The notes: a model not told the origin generated them from the sequence alone. Shown: positions 37,217 through 48,612, counted from the stretch's first letter. The stretch is DNA of 64,000 nt from Mobula hypostoma (GCF_963921235.1 NC_086097.1:124064001-124128000); one strand, 5' to 3'. Made by a program: numbers and translations.

Positions 37217-37789
37217 TTCAGTCAGTCAGTGGGTGCGGTCCCGAATCCGGGGTTGGCGGCTATGCACCTCCATCTTCTTCGATCTTGTGACAGCACCGAG
37301 TACAGCCTCTCCTCCAGTTTGTTCTCGCTGGCCGCCTTGGCACCGCCCACTGCTGCCCCCACTAAACTCGAGCCTGAGGCCTTGTCAGCCTCCAGCCGCG
37401 ACCGCTTCTTCGAGCTCGGCCTTTCCTTAGGCGGAGGCCTTGGGCAGGACCAGGCACACGGTGCAGCGCCCAAGTTCATCATGTCTCTTCTAACTAAGTG
37501 GATAGCATACGATTCGTAGATACGTGGTGAGGCTTTAATCTCTTCCACGGAAGATGGCTGTTGGCTCACAAGGAGCTCATCCGCCCTTCGTCAGGTGTTG
37601 TTTTTTAGTCCTGCTGGACATCCTCACACCCTCCTCACCAGACTAAGTCCAGTGGGGGAACCAGCCCAAGTCGCCGACCACTCGACCATGGCCCCCAGCC
37701 GAGCACCGGGTGCCCGCCCCCCGCCGAGTCTCTCCGAGCGTCTGGCACTGGACGAAAAACCATGGGCGAGTGGCCGGCGACCAAACTGG
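37217..37789 (-). mobile_element. Chimeric non-autonomous RTE-like retro-insertion carrying a captured gene fragment
   Basis: GC/CpG-rich island in an AT-rich intron. Flanking repeat aa(a/g)gactctaca at 37205-37216 and 37790-37801. The 3' end encodes QDRRRWR, an RTE-like ORF end, then an (ACTG)n tail. Confidence 0.7.
37291..37470 (-). pseudogene. CYHR1: Captured fragment resembling the 5' coding region of CYHR1/ZFTRAF1
   Basis: PSSKKRSRLEA...AASENKLEERLYSVL (KLEERLYSVL = 37320-37291) matches the recalled CYHR1 pattern PPKKRLR...KLEERLYSVLCC that precedes its RING-type zinc finger. Recognised from memory, not by search. The 5' boundary is approximate. Confidence 0.72.
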
Positions 37790-38596
37790 AAGGACTCTAC
37801 AACTCATGTAAATATATGTATTTACTTATTTCATTATTTGCATGATTTGTCTTTTGCATATTGGTTGTATGCCAGTGTAGTTATTTATAGTTTTTCATAA
37901 ATTCTAATTTTTTAAATTTTCCTATAAATGCCTGCAAGAAGATGAATTTCAAGGTTATATACGTACTTGCGTAATACATTTTGACTCCTCCTCAGATGGT
38001 ATCTGACCCAACTGAATATCAGCTTCTATTTAATTCGTCTCCACAGGGTGGCACTGTTACTGCTAAAAGCATATTGCAGGAACCATTATTTGTTTCTCTG
38101 TTGGTGTCATAACCTTTTACAGCTGATTATTCAAGGAAAACTTAGACAAGAAAGCCATTTTCTTTATCCAATAAATGAAATTAAACAATTGGCAATGAAA
38201 TATTTCAAAAATTAAATTTAAAATACAGTTTATTGTATCTTAAAGTCAATTTGTTATATTTGTTTTGGATGATCTTGATATTATATCTCTATCCTAAACA
38301 GCTTTATTTGTCACGTTACATCAAAGTATCAGAACCTACAGTGAAGTGGATAGTTTGTGTTAATAAACAACAATGTCCAGGGATGTGCTGGGAGCAGCTC
38401 GCAAATGTTGCCAGGCTTCTGGTGCCACTATAGCATGCCCACAGTTCACTGACCCTAACCATAAGTATTTGGAATGTGAGAGGAAACTGGTGCACCCAGA
38501 GAAAACCTATGCAGTCATGGAGAGAATGTACATACTCTTTATGGGCAATGGCGGGAACATATATTGCAGCTTGCTCATTCTCAGATCCATTCCCTA

Positions 38597-40595
38597 TGTA
38601 ACTCTCGCTTTGGCTAGCGGCTTAATATAGGGGGTGATAGCCCCCAGCCCGGTCAAACTTATGAAATCTCGTTTGGGTGGATGCTGTGTGATGTGTCCCA
38701 TGTTACAGTGCCCCAAAATAACGAACAGTACACAATATGCGATTAAATGATTAAGCTTTATAGTTCTTACTTTGACTATACGGTTAGTAAAGAAATGATA
38801 AAAGAAAAAAAAGGGCCCAATCTTATTAAACAATCTGTTGCACAATGTTGAAGCTCACAAATACGGCCATTCGTCCACCATCGACCTCCTCCGATCCTCG
38901 CTGCCCTTCAGACCCTCGCTCCAAGTTCACCCCATCCAGCGGTCTACCATCTCTTTCCTTTCACGTCTTCTCTCCTCATCTCTCCCTGGCCAAAAGACTG
39001 TGAAAACCTCTCTTTCAGCTCCCAAGAAAGAACAACAGCATCCCTAACCCCGTTATCTCCAGTCATAACCCAAACATTGCTGCTGCAGAGAAACCATTAC
39101 ATTTACATTTATGTGGAGTACTTCGCCATATATTCAACCTGAGCCTGAGGCTCCGGAGGGTTCCTGTACTGTGGAAGATGTCCTGCCTCGTCCCTGTGCC
39201 GAAGACGCCAAGCCCCAGCGGCCTCAATGACTACAGACCGGTGGCATTGGAGAGACTTGTTCTGGAGCTGCTCCGCCTATGGTCAGGCCACACTTAGGTC
39301 CCCTGCAGTTCGCCTACCAGCCCCGACTAGGAGTTGAGGATGCCATCATCTACCTGCTGAACCATGTCTACACCCACCTGGACAAGCCAGCCAGCACTGT
39401 GAGGGTCATGTTTTTTGATTTCTCCAGTGCGTTCAACACCATTCGCCCTGCTCTGCTGGGGGAGAAGCTGACAGCGATGCAGGTGGATGCTTTCCTGGTG
39501 CCAAGGATTCTTGATTACCTGACTGGGAGACCACAGTACGTGTGCTTGCAACACTGTGTGTCCGACAGAGTGATCGGCAGCACTGGGGCTCCACAGGGGA
39601 CTGTCTTGTCTCCCTTTCTCTTCACCATTTATACCTCGGACTTCAACTACTGCATAGAGTCTTGTCATCTTCAGAAGTTTTCGGATGACTCTGCCATAGT
39701 TGGATGCATCAGCAAGGGAGATGAGGCTGAGTACAGGGCTACGGTAGGAAACTTTGTCACATGGTGTGAGCAGAATTATCTGCAGCTTAATGTGAAAAAG
39801 ACTAAGGAGCTGGTGGTAGACCTGAGGAGAGCTAAGGTACCAGTGACCCCTGTTTCCATCCAGGGGGTCAGTGTGGACATGGTGGAGGATTACAAGTACC
39901 CGGGGTTACAAATTGACAATAAACTGGACTGGTCAAAGAATACTGAGGCTGTCTATAAGAAGGGTCAGAGCCGCCTCTATTTCCTGAGGAGACTGAGGTC
40001 CTTTAACATTGGCCGGACGATGCTGAGGATGTTCTACGAGTCTGTGGTGGCCAGTGCTATCATGTTTGCTGTTGTGTGCTGGGGCAGCAAGCTGAGGGTA
40101 GCAGACACCAACAGAATCAACAAACTCATTCGTAAGGCCAGTGATGTTGTGGGGATGGAACTGGTCTCTCTGACGGTTGTGTCTGAAAAGAGGATGCTGT
40201 CCAAGTTGCATGCCATCTTGGACAATGTCTCCCATCCACTACATAATGTACTGGTTGGGCACAGGAGTACATTCAGCTAGAGACTCATTCCACCGAGATG
40301 CAACACAGAGCGTCACAGGAAGTCATTCCTGCCTGTGGCCATCAAACTTTACAACTCCTTCCTTGGAGGGTCAGACATCCTGAGCCAATAGGCTGGTCCT
40401 GGACTTATTTCATAATTTACTGGCATAATTTACATATTACTATTTAACTATTTATGGTTTTATTACTATTGATTATTTATGGTGCAACTGTAACGAAAAC
40501 CAATTTCCCCCGGGATCAATAAAGTATGACTATGACTATGATCAGTGAAACCTTACAGCATGCTACACAGCAGTGAAACCCTACAGCATGTTTCA
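38597..40595. mobile_element. Putative solo LTR interrupted by a Rex1/Babar LINE
   Basis: Begins TGTAAC and ends catgtttCA (degenerate inverse). CpG-richer non-coding body. TSD not clean (ccta/tctg). Confidence 0.5.
39111..40541 (+). mobile_element. Young 5'-truncated Rex1/Babar LINE with a 333-aa RT frame
   Basis: ORF 39279-40280 contains LQFAYQP, FFDFSSAFNTI, GAPQGTVLSPFLF, KFSDD and LNVKKTKELVVD. The frame continues past an in-frame TAG. AATAAA plus (TATGAC)n tail. Confidence 0.95.
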
Positions 40596-42561
40596 TCTGT
40601 AATCGTGAGCTTTGGCTCAGCAGAACCATTTAATACTCATCTAGAAGTTGGGAGTGCAAGCATAACACTAGTGTTTCAATATCTGGGATACCATTTAAGT
40701 GTAGCACTGAAGGAGAGACCAGAATTGTAATTTATATCTAGAACTGGGGGATATGAGCAAGATCCTAAGTGAATATTTCTCATTGGAATTCATTAGGGAA
40801 AGGATACTGAAGCTGGGGGTTAAGGAGGGGTACATTAATTTTCTGTATCAGGAAGGAGGAAGTGGTAGAAATATTGGAGTACATTAGGGTGAATAAATTC
40901 CAGGGCTTGATGAGATACGAATGAGTTTAAACTAATATGGCAGGGGACGGGAATCAGTATGATAGAGCAGAGGATGAGCCAGCAGGTTTACAAGTAGATG
41001 ATGGGTGTAACATGAATGTAAGGAAGGACAAGCCAAAGATGGAGCACAAATGCAAACAGAGCAAAGAGTTAAATTGTACCACAAAGGTAAAGTTCAAAAG
41101 GGCAAGGAATGCAGGACTGAAGGTGCTGTATTCAAATGGGCGTAGCATTCAGAATAAGGTGGATGAACTCATGGTGCAATTAGAGATTGGTTGGTATGAT
41201 GTTGTGGGCATCACTGAGCCGTGGCTGAAAGGAGGCCATAGTTAGGAACTTAATATTAAAGGATATACCTTGTATCGAAAGGACAGGCTGTGGTGTGGCT
41301 CTGTCAGTAAAAGAAGGGATTACATCTTTAGAAAGAGGGTAACATAGGGTTAGAGAATGTTGAATCTTTAGTGAAGTTAAGAAATTTCAGGGGTAAAACA
41401 AATTATGGGAATCATATACAGGCCTCCAAATGGTAGCCAAGATATGGGGTTAAGATTGCAAAGAGAGCTGGAAAAGGCATGTAATGTGGGTAATGAGGCA
41501 ATTGTAATGGGGGACTTCAGCATGCAAGGGGATTGGGAAAATCGGGTTGGTGTCGGATCACAAGAGAGGGAATTTGTTGAATGCCTATGAGATGGCATTT
41601 TAGAGCAGCTTGTGCTTGAGCCTACTCTGGGAAAGGCTATCTTAGATTGGGTGTTGTGTAATAACTCAGATCTTATTAGGGAGCTTAATGTAAAGGAACC
41701 CTGAGGAGGCAGTGATCATACTATGATTGAAGTCATACTGCAATTTGAGAAGGAGAAGCATAACTCGTGTGTATCGGTATTGCAATGGAATAAAAGCATG
41801 AGAGAAGAGCTTGCCCAGGTGGATTGGTGAGGAGGACAGCAGAAAAGAGTTGGCTGAAGTTTCTGGGAATCATTCACAAGGGACAGGATAGGTATGTCCC
41901 ACAGAGCAAGAAGTTATCAAATGGCAGGACTTGGCAACCGTGGCTGACAAAGGAGGTTGAGGACTGCCTAAAAGCCATGGAAATGGAAAGGGCACACATG
42001 GAAAGTGAGTGGGAAGTTGGATGATTGGGAAGTTTTAAAAATCCATCAAAAGGCAACTAAAAAAGCTATAAGAAGGGAAAAGATGAAATATGAGGGCAGA
42101 CTGGGCAATAATATAAAGCAGGATACTATAAGTTTTTTCAGTTATATAATGAGTAAAAGCGAGGTGGGAGTTGATTTTGGACTACTAGAAAATGATGCTG
42201 GTGAGGTAGTAATGGGTGTCAAAGAAATGGCAGATGAACTTAATGGATACTTTGCACCTTTCTTCACTCTGGAAAACAGTAGTGGTGTGCCAGAAGTCTG
42301 TGACTGTCAGGGAGCAGGAGTGAGTGCCATTGCTATTACAAAGGAAAAAACGCTAAGCCAACTCCAAGGTGGATAAGTCACCTGGACCAGATGCACTACA
42401 TCCCAGTGTCCTGAGGGAGGTTGCTAAAGAGATAACGGATACATTAGTCATGATCTTTCAAGAATCACTTGATTCTGGCATGGTCCCGACGTATTGGAAC
42501 ATTGCAAATGTCACTCCACTCGTTAACAAGGGAGGAAGGCAAAATAAAGGAAATTGCAGGC

Positions 42562-42744
42562 TTTTTCTCCTTCCCCACCTTTTAAATGTACTCCTCGTCT
42601 CTTTTTCTCCAGTCCTGCCAAAGAGTCTGGGCCCAAAATGTCAACTGTACTTTTTTTCCGTAGATGCTGCCTGGCCTGCTCAGTTCCTCCAACATTTTTT
42701 GTGTGTTATTTGGATTTCCAGCATCTGCAAATTTTCTCTTGTTT
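42562..42744 (+). mobile_element. Older PLE terminus inserted in CR1
   Basis: Degenerate hammerhead 42611-42646. Imperfect flanking repeat gaaattgcaggc / gaaattataggt. Confidence 0.75.
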
Positions 42745-43169
42745 GAAATTATAGGTCAGTTAGTCCAATCTCAGTGGACTAGTGGGAAAGTGTTGGAGTC
42801 TATTATTAAGGATGAGGTTTCGTGGTACTTGGAGACTAATGATAAAATAAGTCAAAGTCAGCATGGTTTCTAGAAAGGAAAATCTTGCCTGACAAATCTG
42901 TTAGAGTTCTTGGAGGAAGTAACGAGCAGGGTGGACAAAGGAGAGGCAGTGGATGTCATTTACTTAGATTTTCAGAAGGCGTTTGATAAGGTGCCACACA
43001 TGAGGCTGCTTAACAAGATAAAATCCTGTGGTATTACAGGAACGATACTGTCATGGATAGTGGAATGGCTGACAGGCAGGAGGCAGTGAGTGGGAATAAA
43101 AGAGGCCCTTTTCTGGTTGGATGCCAGTAACTAGTGGTGTTCCTCAGGGGTCAGTGCTGGGACTGCTAC

Positions 43170-43266
43170 CTAGTCCTGACGAAGGGTCTCGGCCTGAAAC
43201 GTCGACTGCACCTCTTCCTACAGATGCTGCTTGGCCTGCTGCGTTCACCAGCAACTTTGATGTATG
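43170..43266 (+). mobile_element. Minimal PLE terminus insertion (~97 bp) starting at the hammerhead
   Basis: Intact hammerhead 43172-43207. Direct repeat ctgctac at 43163-43169 and 43267-43273. It splits the CR1 PQGSVLG/LLLF motif. Confidence 0.88.
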
Positions 43267-44465
43267 CTGCTACTTTTCACATTGTTTGTCAGTGATTTAG
43301 ATAATGGAATTGATGGCTTTGTGGCAAAGTTGGCGGATGATACGATGAAAGGTGGAGGGGTAGATAGTGCTGAGGAAGCAATGCATTTGCAGAAGGACTT
43401 GGACAAGTTGGAAGAATGGGCACAAATGTGGCCGATGGAATGCAGAGTTGGGAAATGTATGATAATGCACTTCGTTAAAAAGGAACAATAGTGCGGACTA
43501 TTATCTAAATGGGGAGAAGTTTCAAACATCAGAGGTGCAGAGGGAATTAAGGGTCCTCGTGCAAGACTCCCAGAAGGTTAATTTACAGGTTGAGCCTGTG
43601 GTAAAGAAGGCAAATGCAATGTTGGCATTTATTTCAAGGGTGCACTTGGAGTATTGTCAACAGTTTTGGGCCCCATATCTCAGAAAGGTTATGTTGTCAT
43701 TGGAGAGAGTCCAGAGGTGGTTCACAAGGATGATTCGGGGAATGAAGGGGTTAACATATGAGGTGTGTTTGGCAGTTTTGTGCCTGTACTCACTGAAATT
43801 TAGAAGAATGTGTGGGAATCTCATTGAAACCTACTGAATGTTGAAAGGACTAGGTAGGGTGGATGTGGAGAGGATGTTTCCTGTGGTGGGAGTATCCAGA
43901 ACTAGAGGACACAGCCTCAAAACTGAGGGGCAGCCCTTGAGAACAGAGGTAAGGAGGAATTTTTTTTATCCATAGAGTAGTAAATCTGTGAATGCTCAGC
44001 CACAGACTGCGGTGGAGACCAAGTCCATCTGATTATTTAAGGCAGAAGTTGATTGTTTCCTGATCGGTCAGGTCATCAAAAGATATGGCGAGAAGGCAGG
44101 TGCATGGGATTGAGTGGGATCCGGGATCAGCCATGATAGAATGGCGGAGCAGACTCAATGAGCTGAATAGCCTAATTCTGGTCCTGTGTCTTATAGTTGT
44201 ATGGTCTTATGGGATCTATCCCAGCAGATAATGAAAACAATGGAGGAGACTGCTGGGACTATGACGAAAATGTTTGCATCTTTATTGGGAACAGATGAGA
44301 TACCAGAAGATTGAATGGAAACTAACGTTGTTCCCTTGTTCAAAGAAGGCATTCAAGAGATAAACCTGGAAATTATAGGCCTTGCATTGGTAGAGAAGTT
44401 GCTGGAGAAGATTCTGAGAGAGTGATTTCATGTTCACTTGGAATGGTTTAGGAAGAGTTAATATA

Positions 44466-46733
44466 CAGTGGTGCTAGAAAGTTTGTGAACACTGTAGTAT
44501 TTTGTCTATTCCTGCATAAATTTGACCTAAAACCTGATCAGTTTTTCACGCAAATCCTAAAACTAGATAAAGAGAACCAAATTAAGTAACTCAAAAAAAA
44601 GTTTATACTTGTTCATTTATTTATCATGAAAAGTGATCCAATATTACATGTATTTGTTTGAAAAAGTACATGAACTTTGCTTTCAGTTATTGGTGGGACC
44701 CCCCTTGTACTGCAATCACTTCAACCACACATTTCCAGTAACTGTTGATCAGACCTGCACATTGGCTTGCAGGAGTTTTAGGCCATTCCTCCTTACAAAA
44801 CTGCTTCAACTCTGGGATGTTGGTGGGCTTCCATGTATGAACTGCTTACTTCAGGTCCTTCCACAATATTTCCATAGGATTAAGGTCAGGACTTTGTTTT
44901 GGCCATTCCAAAACATGAATTTTCTTCTTTTTAAACTATTCTGTTGTTGATTTACTCTTATCTTTTGGATCATTGTCTCGTTGCATTATCCAACTTCTAT
45001 TAAGCTTCAGGTGATGGACTGCTCCTGACATTCTCTTGTGAAATGTGTTAATACAATTTTGAATTCATTGTTCCCTCAATGATTGCAAGCTGTCCAGGCC
45101 CTGAGGCAGCAAAGCAGCCCCAGATCATGATGCTCCTTGGGATGAGGTTTTGGTGTCGGTGTGCAGTGCCCTTTCTTCTCCCAACATAGCAATGTGCATT
45201 TCTGCCAAAAAGTTCAACTTTTGTCTCATTTGTCCACAGAACATTGTCCCATAAGGATTGTAGAATATCCAGGTGGACTTTTGCATACTTGAGACGTGCA
45301 GCAAGTTTTTTTTGTAGAGCAGTGGTTTCATCCACAGTGTCCTTCCATGAACACCATTCTTGTTCAATGTTTTTCTTGTAGTGGACACATGAACTGAGAC
45401 TTTAGCACATTCTAGAGATTTCTGCAGGTCTTTTGCTGTTACCCTTGTGTGTTGCCCTTAAGGCATTTATTTGACTTTGTTGGGTCTACATTTTAAATGA
45501 TTTGTTTCTAACTATTTTCTAGTTAAAGTTTAAGGTTGATAATTATGTTACAGTATAACAAACGTAAATTCATTGTCTATGGTATATCGCGGCATGCGAT
45601 GACGTCACCTTCGGTTTTGTCGCGTCTTATGCGTAACCTCCAGTTCGGGAAGGTGTGAAGGTGGATGCCATGCTTGCAGCATGATGGCGAAGTGCTCCGT
45701 TTCTACCCACAAAGAAACATTATAGAAGCAACGCCGTAAGTTCATAAGAATGTATTTGAAGTAAAAATATTAACGGGATTTCTGTTAAGGAAGCGGCGGT
45801 TGGGGCAGCACGCGTGCCGGCTTTTCAATTTCAAACGCGGGGTGGGCTCAAGCTCGATGGCAGTTTGACGCGAACCCCTCGCCCGCTACTCGGGGCAGCT
45901 GGAGACACTCGCTGAGAGAAGAGAGCATGCGTGGTCTCCAGAATGAAACAGACGCTGTATATATTTGTATTTTTTTATCAACCGTTTTCACCATACGACG
46001 TTGATGTGGAAGAGTGCACAGTAAATGGTTAACCTTACTACGACTCTGTCTTCATTGGCTCCGGTTTAACTTGGTGTTGAGTCAGAGTTTCAACACACTG
46101 CACGAGAACACTACACCTTGGTTTCTTTTTCATCTCCTTCAGCATTGCACATTGTGCTCTTGGTGTGATCTTTGCAGGATGCCCACTCCTAGGGAAAGTA
46201 GCAACAGTACTGGGTTTTCTCCATTTGTAGACAATTTCTCCTCCTGTGGACTGATGAACACTCAGGTCTTTAGAAGTGCTTTTCTGGCCTTTTCCAGCTT
46301 CATGCATCTCTACAATTCTCTTTCTAAGGTACTCTGAAAGCTGTTTTGATCAAAGCATAGTGCAGATAAACAGATCTTCCTTGAGAAGAGCAGGATCTGT
46401 CAGTAACCTGACTTTGTGTGTCCCTTTTTATAGGGTAAGTCACCTCTACAACCCAACCTCCAATCTCATCTCATTGATTGGAATACCTGACTCCAAATAG
46501 CATTTGTAGAAGGCATTACCCAAGAGGTTCACGTACTTTTCCCAATAAATACTTGTAACATTGGATCATTTTTCTCAATAACTAAATGAACAAATATAAT
46601 GCTTTTGTATTATTTAATTGGTTTCTCTTTTTCGAGTTTTAGAACTTGTGTGAAGATCTGATCTCATTTTGGGTAATATTTATGCAGAAATACAGAAAAT
46701 TCTACAGGGTTCACAAACTTTCTAGCACCACTG
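44466..46733 (-). mobile_element. Tc1-family DNA transposon with long TIRs (decayed)
   Basis: Perfect terminal CAGTGGTGCTAGAAAGTTTGTGAAC inverted repeats extending imperfectly to ~210 bp, TA flanks. Transposase pieces PRSGHPAKIT, VLWTNETKVELFG, MIWGCF, DNDPK and SPDLNPME. Confidence 0.95.
45448..46115. mobile_element. Solo LTR (668 bp) inserted in the Tc1 transposase
   Basis: TGT...ACA termini with an exact 5-bp TSD ccttg at 45443-45447 and 46116-46120. CpG-rich. Tc1 sequence is contiguous across it. Confidence 0.88.
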
Positions 46734-47134
46734 TATTTTGAATGTGAGAAATCATGCCTCACAAATCTGATTCTTTTAAAGAAGTACATACTAGGAAAAT
46801 TGATGAAGGCAGAATGACAGATATGGTTTGTGTAGATTTAAAAGGTCGCACATGGTAGGATTGTCCAGAATATTAAGGTACAAAGGATCTGAAGCATGCT
46901 GATAAACTGGACCTGAAATTGGCTTGGTGATAAGAGGGTAGTGGTAGATGGGTGTTTTCTGATTGGACATCTGTAACAAGTGGTGCCCTACTGGGATTGA
47001 TGCTAGGACCTTTGTTGTTTGTAATATATGTATATAAATGACATGGATGACAATGTAGATGAGTGTACAGACAACAACAGAAATTAATGGAGATGCAGAT
47101 AGTAAAGAAGATTGTCTTGGGCCAGCAGGACGTA

Positions 47135-47519
47135 TACTCAGTGGCCATTTGTACATCTGTATACCTGCTCCTTAATGCAAATATCTAATCAGCCAATCAT
47201 GTGGCAGCAACTCATTGTACAAAAGCATGCAGACATGATCAAGAGGTTCAGTTGTTGTTCAGTCCAGATGTCAGAATTAGGAAGAAATATGATCTAAGTA
47301 ATAGTTCTGTGGGCAAAACTGCCTTGTTAACGAGAGAGATTAGAGGAGAATGGCCAGACTGATTCAACAGCAAGTCAAATAACCATGTGTTACATCAGTG
47401 GATGCAGAAGAGCATCTCTAGTCATACAACACATCAAACCTTGAAGTTAATGGGCCACAGCAGCAGAAGACAACGAACATACAATCAGTAGCCAAGGTAC
47501 CTCCTTGTGGCCAAGAGTG
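47135..47519. mobile_element. Tc1-derived non-autonomous element (MITE-like) inside an old CR1
   Basis: ta|(t)actcagtggcca ... tggccaagagtg|ta imperfect TIRs. Confidence 0.65.
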
Positions 47520-48094
47520 TAATTACAATGATTAAAGGGACTTTGGACGGGTAACTGGATAGGAAAGATGTAGAGGGATACAGGCCTAATGCAGGCAAAC
47601 CAGATTACCATAGATGAGCGTCAAGGTGTGGTGGGCTAAAAGGATCCATTTCTGTGCTGGACATTTCAAAACAGCAACATAGGAAGTACCATGTACCCCT
47701 GCATTATGGGGGGGGGGCGGTGTTGTATTCCCAGAAAAACATCAGTGTTGTGATTTCTTTTCCCCGTTGAATCCCATGTAATACTGTACTGTGCAAAAGT
47801 CTTAGTGAGTTTGTAAATCTGGCAGGAGCAAAGGATGTTGGGAATGGCAAGGGTGGAGTGCCGCAGGATGGGTGTGGGACAAGTGACAGAGAAGGAACAT
47901 GGGTGGGAATTAGTGAGAGTGCAGACACACCCATCCCTGAGACACCAGGCAAGGTAATTTGATTCCAAACAATTGGTTTCTTGATCATTACAGAATGTCT
48001 CTCTGGTGCTTATTGCTCCCTCCCCTCTCCCTGTCCCCTTCCCACTCTCATTCCACAATACAGATCCATATCAGAATCAGGTTTATCATTGCCA

Positions 48095-48612
48095 TAGACA
48101 TCTTTGCCATAGAGGGAGTACAAAGAAGGTTCACCAGATTGATTCCTGGGATGGCAGGACTTTCATATGAAGAAAGACTGGATGAACTGGGCTTGTACTC
48201 GTTGGAATTTAGAAGATTGAGGGGGGATCTGATTGAAACGTATAAGATCCTAAAGGGATTGGACAGGCTAGATGCAGGAAGATTGTTCCCGATGTTGGGG
48301 AAGTCCAGAACGAGGGGTCACAGTTTGAGGATAGAGGGGAAGCCTTTTAGGACCAAGATTAGGAAAAACTTCTTCACACAGAGAGTGGTGAATCTGTGGA
48401 ATTCTCTGCCACAGGACACTGTTGAGGCCAGTTCATTGGCTATGTTTAAGAGGGAGTTAGATATGGCCCTTGTGGCTACGGGGGTCAGGGGGTATGGAGG
48501 GAAGGCTGGGGCAGGGTTCTGAGTTGGATGATCAGCCATGATCATAATAAATGGCGGTGCAGGCTCGAAGGGCCGAATGGCCTACTCCTGCACCTATTTT
48601 CTATGTTTCTAT
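48095..48612 (+). mobile_element. Young 5'-truncated CR1 LINE
   Basis: Open C-terminal frame AIEGVQRRFTRLIPGM...FFTQRVVNLWNSLP, 3' UTR and a ttctatgtttctat tail. Confidence 0.95.

Larger units (their letters stand above)
40925..44210 (+). mobile_element. Decayed CR1 LINE (ORF1 end plus ORF2), same subfamily as 25021-29821
   Basis: LKVLYSNGRSIQNK..YDVVGITEPWL, YRPPN, KSPGPD and KLADDTMKGGGV are shared with the minus-strand copy. 3' tail present. Confidence 0.93.

Noticed and set aside
37565..37595. CTGACGA-AGGG on - in the chimeric element as another hammerhead
   Set aside because: No GAAA or NUH follows the possible helix II.
39279..40280. Longest ORF (333 aa) as a host gene or domesticated RT
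   Set aside because: It is a 5'-truncated Rex1/Babar RT with a premature TAG, a tandem tail and no exon structure. Its openness fits recent insertion.
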